A stretch of DNA of 64,000 nucleotides, from contig OZ316895.1 in the NCBI GenBank assembly GCA_973895155.1, positions 22,890,558-22,954,557 of the forward strand, in the 5' to 3' direction. The DNA is from Marsupella aquatica (Eukaryota > Plantae > Marchantiophyta). Shown here in pieces: positions 28,080-42,203 of the stretch. The stretch's first letter is position 1. Every line of letters begins with the position of its first letter. The notes under the pieces are model-generated. The model did not search any database. It worked only from the letters and a program-made list of their open reading frames with translations, and was not told where the DNA came from. Both the position numbers and the translations under genes were made by a program.

Positions 28080-30369
28080 TCCCCTGAGGTATATCAACGG
28101 TCCAGATCTGAGATCGAAAGGTCCATCAGCGGTCCAGATTGGAGAAAAGTAACGAGGGGTTCATTAAGCAAACTTTTTCCAGAAGGGGGTCTACTAAGCA
28201 TATATCTCTTTATTTTGGTCATGTCTTTCATGTAAAATCCCCCTCAATAAAAAAGGTTAGGAATAAGATCCTATTGAAGCATACACCTCGATGGCTCTAT
28301 TTGGGGCAATGGGTCCCCTGAAAGTCATTGATGATTGTCTGCTGCAAGCTGCTGCCGGAACCATCAGCAACGATAAGAAATCAAATACCAAGAATGATCT
28401 TGCACTTTAGTCCAACACGCTATGGTACAACGGTAGATCACTTGAGTAGGGTCAAAACTTTATGTTGGCGAAGTGCTTTTGACACAAACCGCACCCAAAA
28501 GTGGGGTTCACATGAAGCTTGTGACAGTTAGAGAAAGGTGATTTTCTGATTTTGAAGTGTAGCAGACGGGAGATGGAGAGGCAAGAGACAGTCCAAAAGC
28601 CATTAATGACTTTCCAGGGAGTAGTCTCCCTGAATGTCGCTCTGCCTGTCAACTATTGTAATTTGGTTCACGCAAATAATAATAAAATTATTGGCACCCA
28701 ATGCCAAAATTTGATGTCCCAAAAATGGTGGGTGGGAAATATTGGGGAGGAACTTAGATTTCAGAACACCGCTTCAAAACTCTACATATGGTGAAATGTC
28801 CCGGAATATGGTGTTTTCTGTTGCAAAAGGCTGCGAGCAAATGTCTTGGCTAGGTAGAAGCGAAACACCACAAAAAGCAGACTCACAAAAGTTTTTGGCT
28901 GGAAAAAGATTTGTTGGCTGCCTGCACTACTTTGGAAGCAAGTAAAAGTAACTTTTTGCTATAATGATTCAGAATCATGAACCAAATAAAACTATGGTAT
29001 ATGAACAGAACAATAGTAATGAGATCCCATCCAACCTGTTTTTTTGTGGCAAAAATTCACCAAATTCCACCTCCTTGAAAAGTCTACTTATTTTTGGCAA
29101 AAAATGGCAGGCTTATTGTCTTCAATTAGCCAGTTAACTACCAAGTCACAGACCTCACTGGCCATAATCTGTCAGTTATCTTTAAATCCAAGGAGATCTA
29201 ATAGTCAAACGCTAATCTAAGAAAATTAGACAAAGAACATTCTTAGGATCTTCTCCTTCACACAAGGTGCCATTCATAGCTTGCTGTAAAAGGGAAGCCT
29301 TTTTTTACTTTCCTGACATTGTGTTGGGGACATATGGAATACCCTAATTGTGTCGGAGAGATATGGAATACTCTTATAATTTTCACTAGCTAATACCCTC
29401 CAAAAAAATGAGGGACAACTGATTATAGTAGTTTTGGGGGCAAGTTTCAACTTCTAAAACCACAGGTACCAATATTTCAACTGAAGTGTCCAAGAGTTCT
29501 CCCTTGTTCCTCTAAAGGTTCCAGTCTGCCTCACTATTGCAGAAAAAAATATGGTTGCTAGTGAAATTTGATTCCTACATGTAACCCATAGCTCGTGAAA
29601 GGGTAGTGTAATTTACATTAATTAAGATCCTATTATGGGAGCATTATGGCAATAATACCTTCTCAAAACTAGACTTGAAGGAGTCATCTTTTGGTGCATT
29701 ATATTTTCACAATGCCCTGTAAAAAGAACATTAGTAAATAATTAGTTCGTGGACCCTTGGCTAATTGATAGCATGGTTATCACAAGTAGTTGTCTAAATC
29801 AGGCCTTTTCGCTACATGCTACTAAATTCTCAAACTACGAGAGTCAAAATTCAATCTGTGACAAGTCCATTTGCAATTAGAAGAATGTCTGATCAAATGA
29901 ATTGTATCCGTTCGTTCAGTGTTCAAATTCGGACCATGGCTAGCAGTTTACCTTAATTGCAAAGGACTGAAAATCTTACTCCAGATGCCAATTACCCTTT
30001 AACAAGGAAGTTATCAAGTTAGTTAATAATCATTATTTATTATATGAAAAATATTTTTTATAAATCTTTGAATTTAAGTTTTAAAATTAGAAATGTAACT
30101 AAAACGTTTACATAGTGACAGTTTTAATTGTCTTGCTCTTTGCATTTTCAATTTTTTATTTTTCTTTTTATGCATGGCGTCCCAAAATTTACATTCAAAT
30201 TGATATAAATATGGAAAAAAATGGATGAGTCTTGTTTGTTGCGATTGTTGTTTACGTGACAAACTCTGGTGCCAAGGATTTTGTCAAGGACCTCTAGTGG
30301 GGTCCGTAAAAAGAAAGTGCGGGAAAAAGAAAATCTTCTTACGAATTACCTTAGTTACCCCATCCAAGC

Positions 30370-30988
30370 TGTTACCTCGGTGGCTCTGCCGTCGATTGTT
30401 AGTGTTCGACGGTCCATCGGCCAGTCGCGCGTCGCTTTAGATTCAGCGACAGGACTGCGCAGTCAGTACCGGTGCTCACTATACGTTTGGCGACAGGACT
30501 GCACAGTCAGTACCGTGCCTCACTTTGGTGTAGCGCCTTACCTGAATCCGACGTAGGGTCATTCCACGGCCGGTACATGTTCGAGATGTAGAGGGCAGCC
30601 CGTTGGGCCGATGATTTACTGAGGCCGTTTACAGGGCGGAGCGCACGGTATAGCTTGTACGTACGGCCCTGACGACAGAGGGACCGAATGTTGACACGTG
30701 GAATATTGGTCTGGCCCGCGGGCAGGAGGTGGTGCCCGCGGAGGGAGCGGACGAATTTCCTGCACATGCTGCTGTACGTACAAAGTACTCTGTCCCAAAC
30801 TCGACAAAGGTATTCGGTCCGTATCCGCTACCCGGGCATCGAGGAGATTCGTTTGACCGTTAGGAAAGTGTCCAGACGGTTTGGATTTTGAAAACCATTT
30901 TGGAGGGGGGCACGCTTGAATGAGCATCTAGGGCAGGCCGGGCAGTCGGGCACCCACCTTTGAACTCTACGCAATCGAGCAGGTTACA
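30370..30988. mobile_element. Possible solo LTR or young insertion (GC- and CpG-rich island)
   Basis: Bounded by TGTTACC...GGTTACA (TG/CA, 6/7 inverted match), CpG-rich against AT-rich flanks, with an internal 25-bp direct repeat GCGACAGGACTGC.CAGTCAGTACC. No TSD seen. Confidence 0.35.
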
Positions 30989-31847
30989 TTATAATAATAT
31001 AGTAATATAACTTTTTCCGTCGTTCAAAAGAAATAATAAAGTAATATAAATAATTTAGCTGTATAATGGTAATCGAAAATTACTCTTCAAGACTGTGAGT
31101 ATGGTAAGGGGGCATAACTGAAGTTTGGGTGGGGGTGAAAAACGGAGATTGGGGTAAGGTGAGTTCATAAAACCACTTTAATGTACATTATTCACTTTCA
31201 AAGAACTCAACCTAACTATCATAATCAAACATTACCCTATCCTGCCAAACATGTACTTAGGGCATCTACATATTGAGAAAACAAGCGGGAGCCAATTTTG
31301 GCCCCTTCATCAAAAAACTGTTTTTTCACCCATACATCTCTTCTCTTTCAATTTTCTGCTTAGGCTGCCCTGAGCCTGCCACTACCTGCCAAAGATGAAA
31401 AACCTTTGAATAGATTTAATATAGAAACTATGTATTATTTAAGAAAAAATATTGAAACAAAAGAACAAATGACAACAACAAATATTTTAATTAAAATGTT
31501 GCTGTCAGGGAGGACAAACGTGAGAGTTGGGGGACAAGACAGCGGCAGTCCAAGCACAACCATGTGGCAGGAGGGATTATTTTTTCTATTTTCTCTATTT
31601 GAAACCAGGGTTAAGTCTCTTACTCGTGGCAGCACAGTGGCATTGAAATAATTAATCTAAACAAGATGGCCAGATGTGATGTTTGACAAATAAGGTGGCA
31701 CCCACATTATAACCTCACATTTTCTGGCAACACTTTTTGTTAATTATAGAAAGGAAAACCTCAAGCCATACAACTGGCCTGAGGGGACCATCCTCAATTC
31801 ACATATTTTGCATTTATAAATGTTTCCTCCCTACGATTAAGCACCTG

Positions 31848-31924
31848 TGGTCCATACCCCAGGGATTGAACCATAGACCTGCTCGAATAGAATCTGATGC
31901 ATCCACCAGTGAGATATAGGGGAC
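31848..31924 (-). pseudogene. Degenerate tRNA-like sequence (tRNA pseudogene or SINE head)
   Basis: Minus strand GTCCCCTATATCTCACTGGTGGATGC...GGTTCAATCCC...GGACCA, 77 nt, with A-box-like TATCTCACTGG, B-box-like GGTTCAATCC, GTCC/GGAC acceptor remnant and terminal CCA. Stems are imperfect. Confidence 0.5.
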
Positions 31925-34900
31925 AGTCATTCAGAGAAGACTCTCCACACTGCACATTGGAAGGGAAGCCCACTACTAATTGGCTACATAGAGTTGCACG
32001 ATGCAAACATTGTTTTATTGCTGCACTGCAAATAGATAGAAGCATGCAAGTACTTCAAGAACTGACTGTTCTTTTTGGTGCAAATATGCAATCAGCAACA
32101 GCCAGCATTTGCTTCCCCTGCTTTGTCTTTCCTCCTGGTCTTGTGCTGGGCTCTTCCCCTTGTAATGGCCTTTTGGTCCCCCTTTCCCACTGGGTTTCGC
32201 AGGTTTCAATTGCAAATTAAAAGGAAGGAAAGAGAAAAGAAGAAAAAACCATTTGCTTGCCGATTCCTTACTCAGATTTGGAAATGGATGCAACAAAGGG
32301 TTTTTTAGTTACAACATTTGAAACAGAAGAAGATAATTCCTATTGTTGCAAAATGGATTTTCTCTTTTCGTGGTAGTATGAGAAGAATTGTCACAGCTGT
32401 TGGTTGTGTTTATATGTTTGGTGCACTATATGCACTTGTAATTCCTAGCATGAGTCTTTGAATAACATTATATGCACTTGTAATTCCTTGCGTGAGTTTG
32501 AATAACATTTCTGAAACTTCCATGTAAAAGAAATCTATGGTTTGGTAACCTATGAACTTTGCCAGTGCTAATTGCACATAAAAAAGCAGCAGCACCCTGT
32601 CTACTGTGCTACGTGGAAAGTGCCCAAATGTTGAAGGGACTTTGTTTGCTCTCTACATTTCCTTGAATTTGGTGATCTTCTTTGTGACATATGTAAAAGT
32701 CAACTATTGAGATTCAATTCTGGAAATGAAATTCAAGGTTGAGTATTGAGGTAGTTTAACCACATATCTAGATTGTAGCTCGTGGGTATCATGGACTGAA
32801 ATCAGGTTGAAGAGCTTTTCTCTTTTGGGGCAAAGAGGGTAAACCACACCTGAGTGAAGGGGATCATGCCACTGGCTGATCCACTCTGGCAAGGGACAGC
32901 CCATTCCCATAACAGAAAACCAAACGCCCTCCAGGCAAAAACAAAACAACAACCAGGTGAATTGGCAGCCAAATTGGCAAAGCTGAGAGAAACAGGACTA
33001 CAGTAGACAGTGCACCCTTTCAACTCAACTACAGGAAAAGCCAAGACTTAAATTAAAACGATGAAACACACTAAGAACTGCTTACAAATTTTGTGTAGCT
33101 TCCTTACCATAAGATGTGGCAAGATATGTTGTCGACATTTGTTTTCCATAATTCCTATGGAAGCATTAAAGGGGGGCTTTACAAGAACAAGAGGACAAAA
33201 ATTGACGAGTCCCTTGTTTTGGTTTTACCAGAACTAATCCAGATGTCCATGGACCGCCTCCTAACAGAAACGGTGGTCAAGTAGTGCATTTAATATTCTC
33301 CTGACAGAATGAGAGGAGATCGAGAGTTCCTTTCAAAAGACCACCTCAAGAGGTCGTCTATGCTTTGGACAAAACCACACTATCCACGTAAGCATTTTGA
33401 GTGATCCACCCGAGTTCATGTAGGATTGGGAGAAGTCTATATACTAGGATTCGGAGATTTCCTGTATGAGTGACCTCTCAATTTATTGTAAAGCCAAAAT
33501 GGACAGGTCATTTGATACGAATTGTTGTGCTGAAAGCTAACAGCAATATCTTGGAAGTGACCTGTCTGTTATTGGCCTTCCTTCTTGTAAAACCCACCTA
33601 AGGTGCTCTTCAAAAGGAGTGTTGCACTTTAGTTTTTGCTTCGTTGTGGTAGGCCAGGACTTGCGCTTTCGAGGAGTGCAAGCACTCCATAAATATCGGT
33701 TCACTCTCCCAAAATATCCATTGTTCACTCGTAGAAACCTATGTAGGCTTTGATTGACGACTCTAGCCCTCTTGGCTGGCTACTACACGATGCTCGGGAA
33801 TTATTTCCGCATGCGCAACCACCGATAATATGCATGAGACTTTCAAAAGGACATGCATTATGTACAGTACTGCTGAAAAATAGTACTTCTATATAGCGCA
33901 ATGGTTTGGGAGCAGTTTGGTGAGCGGCAGCTTGTGAGGGGACTCGTAGAGCCTCCCTTGACCTGCACTGAAACGTTTTCAATTTGGCTGCACTGGAGTT
34001 CCTCTCAACCAGTGTCTTCCGGGCCCGTAATGGTTTTGCAATTCCACTGTAGAACTCGGCATTTGCTGCCTCTTCTTCCTGACTTTACTAGTTAAAGTTG
34101 GGTCCCATAGGTCATCACGGCATCACCTGTCAAAACCCCAGATGCGAGACAGGTAACCGGTCCAAAGCTCATCATGAGCCATCCGCGACTGTAGCTGTGG
34201 CAAGTATACATAAGTCTGGTGCGCTAAGCCAGAGGTGGAGTCACTCGTTTATTTCATTTTGGAGAAATTGGGGAATGATCACCCCATATAATAAACCTCT
34301 GACAGTTCAGTTGATGATTGATTGTACCGAGAGGCGTCCACGAGTATAAGACCAGAAATTCGAGGTGGCAAAAGTTCCGACTGCTAGGGACGAAATGACG
34401 AATCCGAGCGAATGCTGATTGACTTCCCATGCATGCACCCCTACAACTGGCACCCCTACTGTGAAGGAATTCGTGTCACTACTGCAATCCAAATTCCAAT
34501 TTCAAGAGCATATTGGCTCTAGATATTCCTTGTGAAAGGTCCACCTTAAACTTTAGGAGAGAGGGACCACTTTGCCTTCTACTGCTTCTGGACAGCATTC
34601 CTTAGAACATCCTCTCAGAAGACGTCTTGTGAGTCTCTTCATCTGTAACAGGTCTCCTTTTTTATCAATATTTTTCTACTCGCACACTGAAATATGACTC
34701 TGATTCATGAGATGACTAGGGTAGGATTCGTGGTCATTTCACGTGTCATACATACATAGGAGTATGGTATCAATTGGCTCAGACCCTCAAGTCGTAAGTC
34801 TACCCGTACTAGTGCTGAAAATGAATGGATAAACCCAGAGAACCCCACACTGATTTCACAGGTGATACTCATAGGGGTCTTGTCGTGATTTATGAGCATA

Positions 34901-36161
34901 TCTAACACGAGGGATCTCCACATGAAGGGTGCCAAACCTCTCAATCTGAGCCCATGTTGAGCAGTAAGACAAGGCTGAAATAAAACTGGGATGATGACGG
35001 TAGCATCCAGTTCTTCGGTTTAAGAATTGTTGACAAAGATACCGTGCTGTTCTTCAGTGTGAGAGAATTGCTAACTACCCTTTAGACGGTTTTGTTCAGG
35101 AAGCAAAGGTCAGAGAGAATTTATAGACCACGATTGCACATTCGGCGGAGCGAAAATAAACCTGCCAATCACTTAAACAAGACGTTCATACATGTTTAAT
35201 GCTACCAGATACGACACATTTCCTTCCTATACCGGATTGACACTTGCATGCCATGCAACTGTCAATTTCCCGTTTTAAATCAAACTCGAAGTATAGAATA
35301 ACGTACAAGTCCTACCCTGAGTCAATTTTAGCATAGGAATTTCTAAGGTGAAGGTATATCCTCGTCTGAGATCATCGTCATTGGAGCTCCATACAATGCA
35401 ACTAATAAGTCTCATTTCCATTTCTTGCGAATGGATTGCCGTGCGCCATTTGGGCCTGTAGTACTTCCATGGAATATAGACTTGGCCACAACATCAACAG
35501 GGTTCTCATTTCACGAATTCATAAAACGGTTGCCAGAGATATTCTCTGGCGACAAGTCTATAGACGATAAATCACAACGGAAGTTAACCATTTCGAAAGT
35601 GAGGAGAGAATTCACCAATTAAAGATCTATTACATTGTTAAATAAGGGAACACAGCGTCTCAACTGGAAGTTTAAACATAGCGCCATTTCTGGGTTCGTG
35701 TAAAACGTCATTCATATCCTTTGATGATTGGACTCCACTTCATTGAAGGTCAAATTTGAATACTGCTTATCCGAGACATGTGGAACCATACCATTGTAAT
35801 CATCTTGTGACCATAAATACAAGCAAAGCATTGCTGCCTTGGTGTGACTGCCTAATTGAAGGAAAAGCCTCTTTTTCAAAAGAATCTGCACATCTAAGTG
35901 CCTGAAATCATAAGGTGGAAATCAGACGTCCTAAATACAATACCAGTGTAGTGGAATGAGCGAATGGTCTTTCAAACTGTTTAGTCTTGGATCTATTAAG
36001 TAACTTGGGTCGTATGGATTCCTACCTCGAGTCCTACCAAGAGGGAATGCTAGTTAAGAGCTGAAAGTTGAAAATTCCTGGTACTAAGAAAGAATAGTTA
36101 TTACTAGGGATACAAACTAAGTGGTAATAGTCTTTGCAGAAACGCGTCTCAATCCCTTGGT

Positions 36162-39100
36162 TTAAGAGCATAGAAACTTTCTAGCTCTGAACACATGCTG
36201 ACCAACAGAAAACTGAGGTGGCGAGTCCTTTGATGCTGAAATCACTGAGATGCCAGAGAGTGACTGACCTTGGCATTTAAACTCCACTCTCAGCTTCAAC
36301 TGAACTTCCTTCGCTTTTGAATGTTGCCCATCCTCTTGGCTGGACATTGATGTGACAAACTCCGGAGCCAATGGTAACTGTGCTCTCAGTCGTTGGGGAA
36401 TTGCCTGTGGCTGTTCATTGCCGAGTTGGAAAGATGAGCACAATGAAATCACGGAAACCGAACACAGACATGTGGACACTAAAGCATTCTTCTAACATGC
36501 GGTTCAAAGCCTGAAAGTTGACTATTTTTGACGTATTCTATCATGCCATTTCAACCTGACAAGGCTTCACAGGTCAAGGTCATCTAAAAACTTGAGCACA
36601 CAGTCTAAGTAATATACTGCAGGTCCTTGGCTGTTTCTATTGCTGCCATCTTAGCTGGAGAATAGCAGCAATAGAAACTACCCTCAAAATATTGCCAGCT
36701 TGAAGGACTTCAACCTCACAAACTCCCTGGCTAATTTTGCTAAAGGTTATCACTACTTCTGCAGTAGTTCTTTCCGTATCTGTTTAGAGGTTTGCGAGAA
36801 ACCTATCAAGCTCATTCAAGTTTGGCCCCCTTATTTGTCACCCACAATTTTTGGTCTTGGCGAGGTAAGCCAGATAGTTAAAATACTGTCCCTGGCTAGT
36901 GGGATGCATTTTCAACAAATATGAAAATTTTACTCGTGACAGCTCCTTAGACCTATTCTATATCAAGGCGAATAGACTAGTAAAAATAATTTAGTCCAAA
37001 AATATTCTCGACAGCGCACGGAGACTTCGCTTCGCAAGGACTAACATCTTTCCTCAAAAACTAGTATCCTCGAGGTACATGCCTGACAGTTTGGAGGAAA
37101 CAGGCAAAAATCATCAATCAGGACCAGAAATATTTTAAGGAAATATACCAATAATTGAGGAACTACCCATCTTAACTCCGTACTGCTGCGATCCAATATC
37201 CCTCTGCAAAATCGAGCAAGCGATATTAGTGGAAGGACCACACATGGCAGCTAATTATTGACCCAACCACAAAATTCGGAGATCTTATGTCAACTCTTTC
37301 TGCTGCATATTATCCTAACATCAAGAACTAAGCTAGAAATAGGAGGGAATGTATGGGAGATGAATATACAAATGTGGACTGTTCGATGAGATGTTCATTT
37401 TACACCCAAAAACATTTTACAGACAAGCAGAAAAATCTGAGACAGTGATTGTACTGAGATTATCCACTTTACAGAAAGGACAGACGGTTGCAAGAACGAA
37501 AAAAGCAAGGATAAACATCAACGACGAGAAATTGCAGAGTGTGCAAAAGTCCACTTCTTACTAAATAATGCTTTCATCAGAAAGACTAGTGAAATGAAAA
37601 GTAATCAAGAAACAATGAAGTCCAATTGCTAGGTTGTTCGAGTTTTAAAATACCTGGGTGCCATCTTCAGGTTTGAAGGCGCAAAAGGAAGACTCACGAT
37701 GAAAGCTACGTCAGTCAAGATACCTCGCAAATATGGATTTGGAGCATACTGAAAGGATTGAGCAGGACACATCACAATGAAATCCTGTGAGGAACTGCTA
37801 AATCGATATTTATTGACACCCAAAAATGTTACAGCAACATCAACATTTTATAAGACCTTGCACATGATATTCTGTGGTTAACAAGCTATACTGACAATGA
37901 CACTTGAGCTGAGTAGATACAACTAACACTAGTTCGTCATGATCAGTTTAGATTCCAGTTGGGAAACCATTTTAGTGTAGTTGAAATTCGTCTTCCTTAA
38001 GTAGCTATCTGTAATTTGAAAATATGGTACTGGGTATCTACAGGAACTCCTACCTCAATAAATCCTCCTAATGTGGAATGATTATTGGATGTACTGTAAA
38101 GTTCAAGGAATACCCGGGCAGGCAAGAATTCGGAATAATCAGTTAACCAAACAATCTATTGAGAGGGAGTTGGAACGTACTTGAATCATAAACGATAACG
38201 TCAAGGGATTTTGACGACTGACCAATCTGCAAGAGAAGTCAAGGTTGAGTGAAAATCCTGGTCATCGATAGAAGGCACAATGACAAATTTCACTTCAAAA
38301 CTGACTCCCACCAAATATTCAGCCAGAGTTCAATAAAGGATCATCTTTTCTGAAAACCTATGATAAAAATTAAGAATACACCGATATGTTAACCGCCAAG
38401 TTTCCATCAATTCAGTGACAACCTTCTGCTCATGTACTGCAAGAAGCAAGTATAGGCTCGTGTACATCAGAGTGAATAAAGGAACATGCTACAAACCTTA
38501 GGCGAAGAGGAATTGGGGTGAACTCGGGTTGCAAACGGTACTGTAAGATTGTAATAGGAGAATCAGACGGAGGAGTTCTGACATGATAGACACCTTCGCC
38601 CAAATTACTTGCCACATTACTCCTGACCACTGCCCTCTGCAACATGATTCAACGTCATTTTTTGTCAGATTTCCTACTATATACGCATCCCTCGGGCTCT
38701 CCAGCCTATTTCCTTTGATAGTGTAAATCATTTAGCCAAGGAACAGCTATTCAAATCAGGCAGTTCCTCTCAGATTAGCTATCCTTCAATTACGTTTGCC
38801 GTTGTCTTCCAAGCCAAACCTGGAGAACAACAGAAATCAAACCCCAAAACCGTTTAACTTGAGTCTGTTTTAGCGCAAGAATTTCCAATGGCTATTGTAT
38901 CTGAGTATCCACGTATCTTCCTCACCTTGATGACGTCAATGCCATCCAGGTTAAATGAGAATTCTGTGTCTTCTTTGCTGACTGAAGGAGGTATTGTCTT
39001 CAAGAGGAGTGAACCTTGAAGACCAACACGACTAAGAGCTGCCCCCCGATACTCTGCAGATATTTCTTCTGTCAACCATACCACTGGTCCGTGACTGGGA

Positions 39101-42100
39101 ACCCCGTTGGCCTCAGCAGGCTTCGTGCCTCCTGAAAAATTGCGAAACGATCAATGATAACGGACACATGATTCATCTTCCACATTCAAGGCTTCTCCTT
39201 TGAAACCTTGCTCTCAGGATTAGATGACTTGGTCAATAAACAACGATCTCTTGAAAATCACGAGACATTAATCGAAAGGTCCAAAGCCAAAACATTTCGG
39301 ACCTGAAGAGTCAACACCATTCTCTGCGGTTTCTGGAGTCGCCTTCTTGCCTCCTCCACCTTCCAACTCTTCTAAGCCTCCCAGCCCAGCATCCAACCTT
39401 TTTTGCTTCTCTGTCACGGCACCAAACTCAGCGGGATCCAATCCACCACCAAAGGCATCTGTTAGACCCTCAAATGCATCTCCAAAACCTCCATCCGCTG
39501 GATCGTAATCAAGCGATCCATAATCACCTTCAAATCCTTCCACACCCTTTATCGTTGTGGTTGTTGTGTCTACGGGAACGACTGTGAGTTCTGAAAGCCC
39601 CGCTGTTACATCATTGGAAACTTCTTTGTCTTTTTTGAAGCCGCTACCAGTGAGAAGTTCCTCTGGCTTGTTGATGCGTTCACTGGCTGCAAATGGGTCT
39701 TCATCTTCTGGAGGTTTTTCTTCCAATTTCTCTGGAATATTTGCCCCAAAAGGTGCACTTGCCTGGGCAGGAGTGGCAAGCAGAGCAGCCGCTTCATCAC
39801 CTGCTGCCAGTGTCTCTTCAGGTAGTTCGAATGTGGTATTTGATAAGACCTGTACTCATCCAATCAAGCAATCAAGAAACCAAAGATGCTCTTATTAGTA
39901 AACCTTCCAGTAACTCATTAGAAACCAGGAATGGTTGTCTCGCTTGTGTAGTGGCACTCATGAAAAGAAAGAGTTTCAGCAAAGTAATGCTTGCAGATAA
40001 CCGTGCAGATGGGTTAAAGGAGAAATTGATTAAATTATTTCTTTTCTCCCTCGTAGTGTTTCATGCCACACATCAAGGATTTGCATACCTCAACGTGATT
40101 GAGACGCTCTACGGAGTAACCTTTGAGTTGGTTCCAACTTTCAGCACCTCTTGCTCTGTTCTCTGCTGTATCAGTTGCTGACACAACAATCTGGGTAATT
40201 CCCTCGCCATGGAAACTTGCCAAAATTGTTGCCAGGCGAGCCGCACTCACTCCACGCAGAACAATATCAAGTGCCATATAGACCTTCAAGAACGAAATAG
40301 CACCAATTGACCTGGTCAACAAACTATTGCAGAGACCAACATTATGTACATTAATTCTTCACTTTTGTTCTTAAACTACCTTAAGACAGTAAATCGAGCT
40401 GAACAACAATGCTAACTGGTTCCACATTTTCGAACATTGTACAGTATCTAGTAGACCAATTTATTGATGGATACCACTTCTGGAGCTTCACCTCTGTGTA
40501 CTTTCGAAGAACTTTGTCAGAAGTGACATCAATACCCTTGCACGCTGCCAGAAGTACACTGCATGAAAGTGAAATCAATCAGATAAGTAAACATGGACTT
40601 CGGTCACAAATTTCATGGACGGATGAAAGTCCATGAAGCAGCAGTCGTCACTTGCAAGCGTAATTATAAAGAGTGGAATCACACTCCTGCAGAAGCAGTA
40701 GCATAGTTCCTAGCTTACATTGTAGCCAAGTGTTTCCTGTTATTTCACGGAAAGCCCAGATGATGACCCACAAGAGTAAATTCGAGTTTCCATTGCTAAT
40801 AAGATGTTGCTGACTCGAATCACATTCAACAGAAAACCCATTTCAGTAGAAAAACCTTTGTACTGATGAGCCAAGGTGGCTGCCATACCTGACAGCTTGG
40901 TTAACAGTGCTGGCACACTCGAATACATTGCTACTGACATCCTGATCAGCAGTTGTGATGCCCAGCACATATATTGAATTTACCAGCCGGTAGACGACCC
41001 GATACCTGAGTCAATCACAAGGGAGAAACCAAGGTCCTGTCACACGGACTGTTCATTCCTCTTTAAACGGAGACAATGCAAATTGTGCTTGCATGACTAT
41101 GACTGACCATATTTACTGTTGTGGTGGGATATAGTCGCTTCTGTCCACGTGAGAGACCAGAAACTTCAGCTACACCATATTTTTATATCAAAATGAACGC
41201 TCACATGAGACACCAAATTTGTCAAATTGCGCATGTCAGAGAGGTTATGCAGATTGGATCTTAATAAGTTGTCTCGAGGCCCTGAAAAAGAACCATCCTT
41301 CAGCATATAATGTTCCAAACTAAAGCCGTCTGGTCATTCCTTGAACATACACGTCTAAAAGATATGCCTTTAAGCACAAGAACTGGCCCGCTTACTTGCT
41401 TTCTTTCCCAACCACCACTTGCCCACTGGCTGCCGAAATTGCATCATTTCCCAGCCTACACATTCCATACTGTTTTCATGAGTTTGCAGCTCTTGCTAAT
41501 AGCAATGTGGTTGCAATGAACACAGTTTGTCAATTAGTGAATTGCAGTCGACGAGTTTTTGGCATTCTCATATCGTCATTTGAAGTGGAAGATGTGAAAC
41601 TTAGTATGAGTATCGAATGATACGACTATAAGAACTTCAAAAGGACGAAAACTAATCCACACAACGAATGTCACGACTGTCCTTTCGACTCACCCCAGGG
41701 GTTGTTGATCTGTTAGGTCAGATTTCCCACCGTTAGGGTTAAGGCGCGTGGTTCTGAAGCTGTGAGATGCCAATGCTGCTCGCGCAGGAGGAAACCACTC
41801 TCGCCTGAAACATGTATGACACACAAGAACGTAGTCACAAAATCACGCAGGAAACGATTTCTCTACTTCCAGCCTACGAATTGCAGATGAGCACAGCCCC
41901 TCGAGGAGCTCTGTCGGCAATGCCTGGAACCTAATCTGGTCTTAAATTCCTTGACCTCCACAACACCCGGTTCCAGCTCAAATCCACTCTAAGAAAGACA
42001 TCCGAGCACGTTCAAGAGAGGCCACAGCCTGGACGAGGGTAAAAACTAAAGCGACTAGGGTCCAAGCGAATGAAACCGAAGCTTGATATGAGGGGTTCGG

Positions 42101-42203
42101 CAAAATCAAAATGCGATGAGAATGGGGCCGGATCTGAAACTTACGTTTGCAGTAGCACATCGGCCCCATTCAAGGGCTGCAAAGACAGAGCAAGGCATGC
42201 CAT
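36162..42203 (-). CDS. TML: TPLATE complex muniscin-like subunit (longin-like N-terminus, acidic linker, mu-homology domain), 13 coding exons
   Basis: Exons 42203-42145, 41804-41694, 41455-41396, 41005-40889, 40558-40492, 40283-40089, 39849-39303, 39131-38926, 38636-38497, 38226-38181, 37748-37654, 37203-37149 and 36410-36162, all GT-AG. Translation includes MACLALSLQPLNGADVLLQTREWFPPARA, KYRVVYRLVNSIYVLG, EVYMALDIVLRGVS, EDPFAAS, AFGGGLD and EEISAEYRGAALSRVGLQG, characteristic of plant TML. Confidence 0.93.

Noticed and set aside
32400-36100. Additional gene downstream of TML
   Set aside because: No recognisable coding motifs or coherent spliced frame could be assembled by eye.
36633-36678. 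14-bp perfect hairpin in the last TML intron as a miRNA precursor
   Set aside because: The stem is too short for a plant miRNA/miRNA* duplex.
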